Source: Fistulifera solaris (taxonomy: Eukaryota). From it: a stretch of 64,000 bases of DNA. Each line of letters opens with the position of its first letter. Within the stretch, counting starts at the first letter, position 1. The stretch lies in NCBI GenBank assembly GCA_030295235.1, contig AP026151.1:62001-126000 (forward strand), given 5' to 3'. The translations under genes and the position numbers were made by a program. Below the pieces are notes generated by a model. It did no database searches. It saw only the letters and a program-made list of their open reading frames with translations, and had not been told where the DNA came from. Shown here in pieces: positions 1-12,050 of the stretch.

Positions 1-28
1 TATCGTTTCCCCGACAATCCTATCGTAC

Positions 29-3000
29 CTTGACGATCCAGCTCGGATTTCCATCCGCGTTTGTGTCTTGTTGCACATTGGACACGTGAATGCGGTCGCC
101 GATATCGTACGGACGCTGCAAAGAATAAAGAGCCAGCCTTCGAACATTTTGCTCATAGCTGGGCCGATAATAAAGGCGAACGCCACTATGTTCGTCGACA
201 TGGCCACAAAGAGTGCTGTTGGGTTTACTCCCAACTGACTCAACACGGCAAACCCCAATATGAAATAAAAGGCAATGTTAATGACGTTCTCAAACGCACG
301 ATCCACTTTTTCACTGTTCTGTACGGCCGCTCGTAACAGTCGCGCTTCTTTGTAGACAACATCCACGCTCTTTTGAATTTGATTTTAATGTTGAAGTAAA
401 GCTGAGTGAACGCTTAAACAGACAAACAGAGTTCTCAAATATTGAATTTACCTTGACGAATTCAAGTAGCGTCAAATTGCCATCTCGATCGGGGCGAACT
501 AGTCGAATTAATTCCTTCAATTGCTTGGTATTGATTTCACCGTCTTCATCGACCGCCGCTAGTGTCATAATGTCAAAACGGAGTGTACTGGAGTCGGGAG
601 ACATAATGTTCAGCTTGTGAAAAACGTTTTGGGAAGCCATGATTGTGCTCTCTCGGGTTGATGTATCGCCCCAAGCAATGCTGAACAAGAAGCGATTGTC
701 CAAGAAACTGAGACTTTGACGGAACTGCAATATGGAGTCAATGGAAATATCTTCAGCAATGCCCATCTCCTTCTCCGGTTCTTCCCAGGCGCCAAGATAT
801 TCGTCGATACGGTTCCGCTCAGCTTGTGTTAACTGTAAAGGATCTTCGCTGTCAATGAGTTGTCCCGAGAATTCATTCAGATCTTCATGCACTGTTTCAT
901 CAGAGCTATGTTTAACCAGGTCGTCATCGGAATTGCTACGAAGTAAGCCATAGTATTGCTCCTCGCTGAATCCATATTTGTTGATGGAAAGACTTTTCAC
1001 GAGCTGTGCGTTGTGATAGGATGCCCGGCGAGCGACATCGCGTGCTACGAAGGCAACCTTTCCCAGTAAAAGTAGTTTCTTCATTAGTTTAGCCAAATCC
1101 TCCGAGTAGTTTCTGTAGATTTTCTTTCCCAACAAAAAGCCCAACCAAACACGTTTGATGGCTACCACCAATCCGACGACCATCATCAGAATTAAAACAC
1201 GTCTGTACAGCGGTTCATCCGGAATACCGCCGCTTGGATTGTGATAAGTGAATAGCGTCAAGTATGACTGCCAATAACCCCAGTGGTTGACAAACTCTGA
1301 ATCGCCTTGCAGCAAACCAAAATCTAGTGACGCCCATGTGAACATGAGAAAGGGCCATCCACGTGACTGAATCACAAATAAGGTGAACATTTGTCCAAAT
1401 ACATTGACAAACGTCCGATTACTGACACAGAAGAAATCAATGATAATGACTTGTAGCATTTTTGCCATGCTGAATGTTATGACGTGCCGCACACAAAGAA
1501 AAAAGAATCCACCAACTAGCTGATGCTTGGTTTGCGGCAAATTCTTCTCCATCCTCATTGATCAAGACGGTCGTATTTGTTTCGAAATCAAAAATCAGTT
1601 TCGTGGAGCTATTGATACGTCCCGTTGGTGGATTGTCGGCCCAATAAAATAATATAGCAGCAATGGTAATCGCTGGAGCGATCCAGAGTGCCACAGCGTA
1701 CAAATAACCCCGGAAGACTGACCAACGTTGTCGGGTGAATGCCCTTGCATCGCTGATAAGTCCCTGCCTCACTTGCGCCTGGAGAGAACGTCGCCGTCTA
1801 CGCATTTTGTTCCACCGACTCTGACGGAGACTCCCATTTTGCCTTGCCGATGGTGTTTTCTCATCCTCGCATTGGACAGCTATTTTCACCTTTCCTTCTT
1901 CCATTTCCGTGATAGGTGTATTCGCGCCAACGCTTGGCGTCGTCGCTTCCTCTGGATGCACGCCATGATCTTCATCGTCTTTACTATGTGTTCGGCCACT
2001 CGCTTTAATAGTCGTTGCTGTTTGTACTGTTTGTTTTAGAGCATTCCAGTTCTTCTGCGCCGAGACCTTTGCTGCAACGAGTTCGGCCGCTGTTTTCCCA
2101 CAATACACGGCATTGGCCGTTGCATCAAACACAGGATTAGTCGCAATAGGCGGATGTTCTTTTTCGTTCTCGTTGTCGCTGTCACTTGACATGTAGTTGT
2201 CATCTCCGTCTCGTCCTTCCTGGTGCATGGCGTTCATGGCTTGTGTCAAATCGAAGAGAGTATTGTCCATAGTTTTCGTATGCCGATGCTTATTGGCGTG
2301 AGATGCCGTGCTCATTTGTGGTATACTAATCATGGCTGGTCGTGCCACATTGGCGTTCGTCGCGGTACTTTTTTGTGGCTTGTTCATCATGGCGGGCCGG
2401 GCAATATGGTTCGAGTTGGTCGCCGTACTCTTTTGCGGCTTATTAATAATGGCGGGTCTGCCGAGAGGATTGGATTGCGTTGCAGTACTTTTTTGAGGCT
2501 TGCTGATCACATCTGGTTTGGAAGCGTCTGGCTTGGAAACATTTGTAGTGCTCGAAGTTGCTTTGGAATTCACTGACACGCCTTCAGCGACCGAAATATG
2601 ATCGGGGATATCTTTCCCGGCCAGCGCCCCGTCCCCTTTTTCATCATCATCGTCCTCATCATCGCTCAAAAATACATCGGTATCGGGAACATGCCGCAAA
2701 ATCGTGGAACCACTCCGACTGACATTATCAAAGGATTTCGTGCGTGCCCGTTGCTGCTGCTGCTGTTGTTGTTTCGCCAATCGTCGTTCGACGGCGACAA
2801 GAATTGCGTTTTCCGCTTCACTTTCCATACTACTCGGTCCGGTGACATCCTGCAATGTCACCAACATTGGTTGTAGATTTTTACTGGGTGGTAATAGTTG
2901 TGGCATGGCCAAGGACTCGGGTGCAGGAGCGCCAGCAAATTCATTTTCTTCCATCGAACCCGTAGTGAGCGGACTATAGGCAACACTATTTGTTGAATCA

Positions 3001-3747
3001 GCCACCATTGCCATCCACTTCTCGACGTCTGCATTCGAAAAGGCAGGTCGGCTGGTTTTGTTGGATGTCATAGGAACGGGTGGTCGAGGAGGTGAAAATG
3101 TGGGAGGAGGCAATCGATTGGCAGTTGGAAGACTCGTGGGCGGAGAATTCTGCGTTGGATTACTTTGCGTTGCTAAATCTTTACCGACCTGGTCACTCCA
3201 AGATAATTGTCGATTGGCTGCTTTGGGTTTAGGAAGCATCATTTTGTTGCTCGACAAGTCACTGATAGTGCTTTCTTCCTTCACAGAAGCAAGAGGAGGA
3301 GTGGATGGCGGAGTGGCATCGCGTGGTTGATTTTGTGTCGCGAGATCTTTTCCGAAATGATCACTCCATGAAAGTTGCCGATTCGCAGGCTTCGGTTTCG
3401 AAAGAGAAGGCTTACTCATGCTACTCGCAGCAGGCAACTCGCTTAACGTGTCGTAGACTGGCTGAATCGAAGTAGGCGTCGGAGGATGAAGAGGAGGGGG
3501 GCGAAGAAGGGACAGGAGGAGAATTTTGTGTTTGATCGGATGTTGTGAGACTATTTCCTAGCTGATCACTCCAAGACAGCTGTCTATCTTTCGCTGGTTT
3601 TGGTTTTAACAGGATCGGCGCGCTTGAATTATAGCTCGAAGTCAAATCGCTCGCAGTTTCGTCCTCATTATTTGAATTTGTTTCTTCTTTTTTAGGTTGC
3701 GCGGTCGGCGGCTTTCCGCTATTCGAAAGAGATTCGTCGCTATTCAT
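29..3747 (-). CDS. MscS-like mechanosensitive channel with long disordered N-terminus and EF-hand; runs off the left edge
   Basis: Joins ORFs 3421-3747, 1437-3437 and 311-1558 via frameshifts at a C-run (~3496-3501) and a T-run (~1499-1504). Intron 370-451 (FVK|SVD), then TM helices and, after a third frameshift at ~121, the MscS motif RPYDIGDRI. EF-hand-like RPDRDGNLTLLEFVK. Next intron donor at 28. Confidence 0.85.
2290..2530 (-). repeat. Four ~60-bp coding repeats (R/K-P-x3-KPQKSTAT-like) in the channel N-terminus
   Basis: Translation KPDVISKPQKSTATQSNPLG / RPAIINKPQKSTATNSNHIA / RPAMMNKPQKSTATNANVA / RPAMISIPQMSTAS. Confidence 0.8.
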
Positions 3748-4218
3748 TTTAATAATACTCGAAGCTCAATTCAATGTGCATATCTTGAAAGTGTTGGAAG
3801 TGTTATTGGATGCAATCGTTCGAAAGAAGCGACTGTTTATTGTTGTCGTCGTTATTTTTTGCCGTGAGCGGTTTGCGTGGGGCGGAAAAGTGACGTGACG
3901 TTCGCCTCGTGAATCAAGACCGAACAATGCAGTCGTGAAACGCAATACTTTGTATCTATAGTAATTCATTTTCCTAGATCTTCTTGCGTTTAGGTCAAAA
4001 AAAAATAACGTGGACTTGAGTCTCGGTCATTAGATGACATTTATCTAGATTAAAAGCTAACGAAATGGAATGGGAGCTTAGATTTTAAACTAAGTCTTCT
4101 ACAAATTTCTGCCTTGATCAATGGAAAATGCGGCAGAGGCTTGAATAAATTGTTCAAAAGATTCGACGGTCCTTCACGCAGAAGCAACCGTGGTGCTATC
4201 TCAGCGATGCCTTCATGT

Positions 4219-5360
4219 TTAAGGCAACATGACCTCATCAATTGAATGCAAAATTCCATTGCACGCGGATCCGTTAACGGTCAATATTTTTGGCATATTG
4301 CTTCGAGGGTTGCCAGCTCCCTTCTGGAAGACGGAAGCCCCACGACACACCGTTCTGCTGTCCTTCCCGTTGGCCATCTTCAATCGCTTCTTACACTTCA
4401 ATTCCGTCGAAAGAACTTCACCAGCCACGGCGTGGAAGAGAAGAATGTCCATCAACAATTCCTTGTCGGCCAAGACAGCATCTAGAGTATCACCAAGATT
4501 AGCGAACGCCTCGTTAGTTGGGGCAAACACGGTCCACGAGCCGCTGCTCAGGGCTTCACCGAGTCCAGCTTCAGTGACGGCAGTGCAGAGCGTTGAAAAA
4601 TCCTCTGTGCTGCAAGCAATTTCGGCTGCCAAAGGACGTGAGTGTTTTGTAATTACGAGCATCATCTAGCAATTAGTGTTGTCGTACCGATGGACATGCA
4701 ATCATCCGTAGGTGTGGCAATAGGTGTAGGAGCTGGAACCGGAGCCGGAACCGAAGCAGGAGCAGGAGCCGGAACTGAAACGGGAACAGAAGCTGGAGCT
4801 GAATTGAAAAGCATCACGCCACTAATTTCGTGCAGTACACTATTACATGCCTTGATATCTTTTGTTAAGATTTCCGGCATAGCGTCGCGGCTATTGCCTG
4901 CTCCCTTTTGAAAGATGGAATCGCCACGGCAGACAGTTCTACTGTCGGCACGGTTAGCCATTGTCACCGTTTCTCTGCATTTCAGATCTTTTGAGTAAAC
5001 TTCCCCCTCGACGGCATGAAAGAGCAAGATACTGGTCAACAAATCTTTGTCAGCCAATACAGCATCCAAGGTGTCCCCTAACTTTTCGAAAGCAGCGTTA
5101 TTCGGCGCAAATACAGTCCAAGATCCTTCGCTCAAAGCCTCCGCAAGCCCAGCTTCAGTAACGGCAGTACAAAGAGTCGAGAAATCTTCCGTACTGCAAG
5201 CGATCTCAGCTACAAGTCACAAGACTTGGTTAGGTTTCAAGCCTCGTACATGGGTTCGCAATTAGTTCATCAGAGAACACGTACCGATAGAGGAGCACTG
5301 AGCTCGCGCCGATTCAAGGATAGCGGCGACCAAGACGAGTTTCGAGAAACGTAGGAACAT
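4219..5360 (-). CDS. Secreted fasciclin protein with two FAS1 domains and a Pro/Ala linker
   Basis: Exons 5360-5285 (signal peptide), 5209-4688 and 4625-4219; GT-AG introns 5210-5284 and 4626-4687. FAS1 motifs WTVFAPxNxAF, LLFH and NG/SxLHxIxxV. Confidence 0.92.
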
Positions 5361-5862
5361 GTTAGATGTGTTTGTTTTCGGGCTTGTAAAAGATTCTTTT
5401 TCTTTTATGAAGTAAGGTGATTGCGATGGAAATGCAAAGACGTCGTGTGTTGTGCTTTTTTGTGCCTTGTTTTTTTTTGTGCTCTGATGCACATGACGTA
5501 TTGAGTACTTTAGAGTATCATTCCATAAGAGGTAAGACGTTTTGCAAATATGAAAAAGGTAATTTACAACGCCGGTTGGCAGAAAACATCTATCTAAATT
5601 CGAAATTTGGCGCGACACGAAGTAATTAGCGAAAGGCGAAAGGAGAAAGGAGGGCGAAAGTGTCGTTGGTTGGAGGTTGGAGGTACGTAGTAGAAGTTGT
5701 CGAGAGCCGTTCGGATGTCGCTGTCTACAGGTTAACACGAGTCTCGGAAGTACTATATGCTACAGACGTGGCGTCGTGATTGACAAGCAGTCGTGGAAAA
5801 AACTATGTTGAGCATTTTTTCAGACATCATCAAACTATTACGGTCTAACATGAATTGAAACT

Positions 5863-6603
5863 CTAAGGCAGCATCACTTCGCTAATAACGTGGATATAGC
5901 CGTTGCAAGCCTCAATATCCACGTCTGGGAGCCATTAACGTTAGAGAAAAATTGATTTGAATACTCAGTATTCAAACAATTGACTCACCTACAATCGCCG
6001 GCATGTCGCTACGCGGGTTGCCAGCTCCCTTTGATAGATGGTGTCCCCACGACACACTGTGCGACTATCTTTTTATTGGCCATTTCAACACGTTCCGTGC
6101 ACTTCAAATCCGTCGAAAGGACCTCCCCAGAAACGGCGTGGAAGAGGAGAACATCCGTCAACAAATCTTTGTCTGCCAAGACAGCATCCAAGGTGTCACC
6201 TAGGTTGGCGAACGCCTCATTGGTAGGCGCGAAAACCGTCCATGATCCTTCGCTGAGAGCTTCAGCGAGCCCAGCCTCGGTAACGGCAGTGCAGAGCGTC
6301 GAGAAATCGTCCGTGCTGCAAGCAATCTCGGCTGTAAAATGCAAAGACAAGTTTTAGAGTGAACTATCTCCAAAAGATGTCAACACTCCGGCGTCTTTGG
6401 CGCGAGCGCGGATCGTCGTTCGACCCTGGGCCCGGAATTCACCCAAGACACTGGTCGCTTGGGATGTCAATCCGACGCGTCCCATGACGGCGACACCGTC
6501 TTCTCATCCTTCACCACAAAAACTTACCGATAGAAGAGCACTGAGCACGCACCGATTCAACAAGGGCAGCAGCCAAAATGAGTTTTGAAAAGCGAAAGAA
6601 CAT
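5863..6603 (-). CDS. Secreted fasciclin protein with one FAS1 domain, tandem paralogue
   Basis: Signal exon 6603-6528, intron 6332-6527, FAS1 exon with two A-run frameshifts (~6070, ~6030), a second intron (~5926-5988), and last exon [20 protein letters not shown] (stop 5863-5865). Confidence 0.85.
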
Positions 6604-7408
6604 CTTTGATAGTGTATTGAGTGCTTTATGAAGAAGATTCTCGTCTGATCCAGTTTTTATGAAAGAATGATGATGGGTGGCAAAATTTTGGCATCATAAA
6701 AATTATTTGATCTCGTGCTTCTCGCGTGTTCGCAGAAACGATGAATGATGACGAATTACTGACTCAGATCTCGTTTCTGAGACTACTATGATATTTTGTG
6801 TATAGGCTTATTGAGAAATAAGGCCAAAAGGCGTTTCCGCCGCCTAAGTATCTTCGAATTTTGGCGTCTTTTCTTTTCTGCGAGCTGTGAAGTTGGAAGT
6901 GGACAAGACTTTGTTGTGGGTTGGGGGCATTTTCAATATTTACACACGATTGAACATTGAACACGTAAGCCGTGGCGAAGTGCATCATTATTTGGACAAG
7001 CCATCCTGGATCCTGGCTCCTGGATCCTCTAGATCCTGGAAGATTTTTCCTTCGCATCATGTAGACTAGAGACTACCATTGTGGATCTATACGAAGTGCC
7101 AAGGAGTGTATAGTACAAGTTTAGGCTCTTGGCTATCAAGCTAGAGGTATCATCATTCAAGTCTTAGACCTCGGTACCTTCATTTGATTGCTCTTCAAAT
7201 TCATTGAAGACCTTCGCGTTTAGTCTCTAGCGTTTGGGGTTGGAATTCTCGTCGACAATTACTCAAACTCGATTGAAAGAACGTGAGCTAGGCTAAAAAT
7301 AGAGCAAAGCAACAAATTAGAAAAACCAAGTATTATGCACCTGTTGTAGGCGTATGCTTGTACTTTTGCAGATCATGAGAGCGGGTCAGTAAAGTCATGA
7401 ATGAGCGG

Positions 7409-10400
7409 CTATTCTCTCTTCTCTGCGCTGCGAACAATCTTTTGGGCAATCTCAACAGCAACCGGCAACAATGACTTTTCTTCGGGAGGAAAATCCAGCT
7501 CGTCTTCAGATTGAGAGTGAAAATTGTCGCAAAAGCTTGGCAAAAGACAATCAGTCGGCTCAACTTCTCGATACTGGGTAAAGTCAGCGTCAGATTCAAC
7601 AACAAGGCTAGACCACGATACATGATCTCCAACCGTCCGGATTCTAAGATGGACTCCATGTGTTGCTCAAAGTGTTCCAGCTCAACAATTGATGGATTGA
7701 GTTTGTCCACGCTAAAGTCTTCTTGCGTTGCCATTGCCAGGCATCCCGCCGCGGCACGCGCACACTCGTACTTCTCGGGATCTTCGTAATCGGCAGCGAG
7801 CGCTAGCCATAAATTCGCATTTTCCTGTAAATGCTCCAACATCTTTTCGTGGGGGACCAGGTTACACAGCGCTTCGGTTGCGGCTCGTTGAACCATTGTA
7901 TGATCCGAGAATTGTGCGTAATGCAATGCAGCCAATCCCTTTTCTGAAACTACTCGATTCTGGGCATCTTGTCCAGAAGAAGCCAAATTTGTCAAGCTCA
8001 ACAAGGCTTCAAACTGTTGTAAATCTTTCGCATGAATGTCCCGAACGAGCGTAAGGAGAGGCTTGATGCTTCCAAGGCGTTGGGCAGCTGTCAACAGCGA
8101 AGGGTTGGTGGTGATCAGTAACTTAGCAATAACATGACGAGCTTTGCGAAGCGTGTTGATTAGCGTGGGTGATGGTTGATCGTTTGTTTTATCGAGAGCG
8201 ATGCACCGAGATAGTACGCCTTGCTGAATTAATAAGCCACGGACTGACGCTTCGTCTGCCATCCGCATCCATGTAGTCACAATTTGTTCCATCGTTGCTT
8301 CTGATGTGAGACTAGATTCGGATAAGCCAACTAGCGCGCGAGGCACTTGGGCCGAGGCACATTTGCGAATGCGTTCACGGCATGCCTCCGGTGTATCTGT
8401 ATCTTTCTGCATTTCTAATAAATCTTTCTCTTCTTCTGTCTTCCCCATTTTCTGTAATTCATCGTACTGCTCCATTGTCACCTCTTTACCTTCGAATGCT
8501 TCTTTGCGCATTTGTACTTGCGTCACACACACCAGCTGGAATAAGTTTGCCATGGCGAATGCGCTTGTTGTGTTCGTCGTATTCACGTTCTTATTGTTCG
8601 AAGCGAGCTGGTCGCAAAGTTGTACTAATCGTTCCAATGCAGGGCGCGATGCACCTGATGACTGAAAACCTGCAGCCAGTTCTTCTTTCATATCCGTGTG
8701 AGCCACTAGGTAAGAGATCATTTCAATGCCACGTTCCATTGTGGCAGTGGTCGGGGAAGCAGCTGTAGTCAAGGCCGTCAACGACTTTTTTCTTGTCGTT
8801 CCCGCTCTTTTCTTCCGCCTTCGTTCTTTCGTCCGGAATGTCTTCTAATAAATCGCACGCAGCCACAAGCAGTCCCATTCGTTCAAAATCTCCCGTTTCC
8901 TTATCACTCAGTCCCAATTTGGCTATGCACGCTGCTGCCCCTCCTTTGATTTCACGATACGGTGATTGCATGAGGATTGTCATCGTTCCTCCGTCGACCC
9001 ACTGCGCGATTTGGCCTCTTGCTGTTTCAATTGTCGATGCGCCACTGAGAACTTCGCTGGCGCAATGCATTGCCGCAACATGTTCTGACCGAATCATTGC
9101 CGGTATTTCTACATCCATCGCTTGCCAGGTGGACAGAGCCCAGGCACTTAGCTCTTTTATATTGACCATCAATATGGCGGCAGTCAATAACGCGTGCTGC
9201 ATGGCGAGATGCAAATCCTGAGTCGAGAAACTGTACGTATCGTCAACCTTTTCGTCTTCGACTACTTCTGTAATGGCTTGATTCTTTGGTGATTCTAGTA
9301 GCGGTGCCAAAATTTGTTGTGTGTTCTCGGTTTCAACCGCTTCCACAGCACGAATCCAGCGACCCACTACTACAATCAATTCTCGACGCAACGGAAATGC
9401 TGCCGGTTCGCAACACTCACGAAACAGCATTTGTCGCAATGGACTGTTCACATTTAGTAATTGACGACTGCGTTCATACGCCCACGCCTGATCACGTGTC
9501 TTGCGCTCCATTTCATGTTTACGATGGACCGCTAACTCTTGGGCGGTCATCGAGCGAGTATCTGGTTGTAAATTGGGAAGTGTTGGATCCGTATGATGAT
9601 CCAAAGATGATCGAATCCAAACATACCGCTCTGTTCCGCATGTCCAAATACTCAGTACATCCAACACCGCACGAACAATCAACTCGTGAGTTTCATCTGA
9701 CTTATTACTTTCCAACGATTCCAGCACGGCACGACAAGACTGTTCCAACAGATCTCGCTGAACATACGAATCCTTCAAAACAACTCGATTCGCTTCATCG
9801 TCCCGATCGACATGCAAACAAATACGTGACCATAACGCCAGACAACTGATCATGACGTCCGTTTGCTGAGCTGCCGCCGCTTCTTGCACACGTGCCTTCA
9901 ACCATTCCTGCGCGTCGGCTTCACGAAAGTGCTTTTGACAGAAGGCGGGATACTGTGCGGCACGACTGAGTACAAGAATGACACCATGACTGTCGTAATC
10001 GAGTTGTCGAAAGACATCGAACGGCAGTTCCATACTGACATGGACCAAATCGTCGTTGAGAAGAGCGAGTAGCTTTTGAAAGAGTACCGTCGCTTCCTTT
10101 TGCGAAGGTCGCTGTTGCAGTTCCTTCATAATCTTTGCCACTGGACTGTTGTTTTGATTCGCATTTTGTGTTTTGTGAATCATCCGTATGGTTTGAAGCA
10201 AATCCTGTGCCTGTTTGTTCGTCGACTCATACTGCAAAAGACGAAGCAAATCTTTCGCTGCATCTTGCAACAAATCGTGTTTCTTGCTGTCATCACTGGA
10301 ATCCTTCTGCTGGTCTTGTGTTGCAGATTGAATTGTAAAGGTCATCCAGAGCGCTTTAGCTCGTCGAAACCACAATTTGCACAAAAGAGACGTCGGCAGA

Positions 10401-10681
10401 TCTGCTTGAGGGTTCTCTTCGGTGATGCGAAATGCTTTCGTGCAATCGTCAATACAATTCTGATACTGCATTACATTAAGACAGCACATGGCTCGATTCG
10501 AAAGCAGAGTAGCTTGGATTGTGAAAGCATCTTTCGGTAAGCCGCCGACACATCGATCGAGTGCGACGAGACCTTGACCGTACGACGCGATGGCCGACGA
10601 CCAATCCTTGCTTTGAAAGTGCGCATTTCCGGTCGTTTTGGCTTGTTCGGCTTGCTCGATGTAACTTTGATCCGACGGCAT
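7409..10681 (-). CDS. UNC45: UNC-45/UCS-family myosin chaperone (N-terminal TPR + ARM/UCS domain)
   Basis: TPR motifs (KTTGNAHFQ, LLSNRAMCCL, KLWFRRAKA) and UCS motifs (RGLLIQQG, LQQFEALLSLTNLAS, VQRAATEALCNL, RAAAGCLAM). Frameshifts at ~8786-8791 and ~7531-7534; corrected end IVRSAEKRE*. Start taken at MPSDQ. Confidence 0.88.
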
Positions 10682-12050
10682 GAGTAAGGTGGAGAAGATT
10701 AATACTCGAGAGAATAATAACAGGGATACCAAGCAACTTCTTCGTGACTTTTGTGAAGTCTTCTAAAATGGCGCGAACGAGTGAGTCTTGAGTCTTGACA
10801 ACAAAAATGTCCCGATGACAAATGACCCGACGGACGGGAGTACGGACGAAACTGAAAAAATCATGACGTCATTACATTCCACGTGGACCCATTGACAGAC
10901 GTCCGATCGCGCGAAGTCTTCTTTCTGCACGACTGTGCTGGCATGCGCGAGTACATTTTACGATAGAGTAAAAGAAAGGTACGAGTGACAGGCCTTTTCG
11001 GCAAGATCGAGCCAATCAGAACCTTCGAATGAGCAATGACGCACTTGATTGGGTTCTGGGTGTCAACCAATGACTCTGTAAAAGTGTATAGCTAATTTTT
11101 TCTACTTTCTTTCGATTCTGGATCGCTTTCTGTACATCTCGTAGGAAAGTCTACGAGAAGATCCAAACCCACGCAGAGCCATCCAACGAAATCCTTTTTG
11201 TGACTCTTGCAAGGACGCTCGCTCTTTTTTCGGGGGAGTTTTGTGTGGCCTTCATTTTCTTTTCGGTGGTGCTCCGCACACCCTCGCGCACAAGATCAAA
11301 ATCATGGCGCCGCCGGAATTCCGTTCCACTTTATCACTCTAAAAATGTAAGTACTTTTCTATCTTTTACGCTTTATCAGAGTGAATTTCCTCGTCCACCA
11401 GTACCGTATCGCGTCCGCCGTATCAACCAGCGAGATCACCATGGCGGCTCGGAGGGAAACTGGGGCGGCGTGTTTTCTCGTTTCGTCGAAAGACAGCGTT
11501 TTAACAGTCCTCCAGCCACAACAGTGATGTCCTGTTGAAAAGGAAACTCGCAAATGTTTGTGCAAATCTGCCTCTTGGAGATGTTGCAAAAAGGGCGGGA
11601 ACTCTCGTCGAGCTCGTTTGACTGCTCCACACGATTGAATTGTATGTGCTCTAGAAAGGAAAGACATGCTTTATTTTTGTTGCGGTTGCTGTATTATTGT
11701 ATATTACGTTGCAGAGGAAGCTTTGGGACGCCATGGTGTCTTGATAGGAAGGATCGAGTCAGACAAATTCATTTGGAGACTTTTCTCGTTTGCTTTTGTA
11801 CTGCAAGGCACGTAGGGCTCCGATTGTCATCATTATGAGGATTATCGAGTGTTGGAGAGCGAAGATCGAAAGAATCGTGTTCTATTCCCTCTTCAAAAGC
11901 TATCGGTGGTCGACTTGTTCACTTTGTGAGCGATCTTTTCAATCTTTTACTCACGCTTTTTATTCTTCTCTTTCGACCTACACGATCTTTTATTAACAGA
12001 AACCATTCAATTAACTATTGATATAGATTCCCTACTTTCAAATAATCACC

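Noticed and set aside
7004..7040. Short simple repeats (tcctgga here; ccgcttt ~38065-38090; catccgt ~54117-54166)
   Set aside because: Ordinary microsatellite-like sequence with no further structure.
11200..11838. Short ORFs and a possible intron (gtaagt ~11346) upstream of the CBP/p300 gene; 8-bp-arm palindrome tctcgtag-gaaagt-ctacgaga at 11137-11158
   Set aside because: No coherent protein emerges; it may be 5' UTR or uORFs. The palindrome resembles the repeat-family core but is too short to call.
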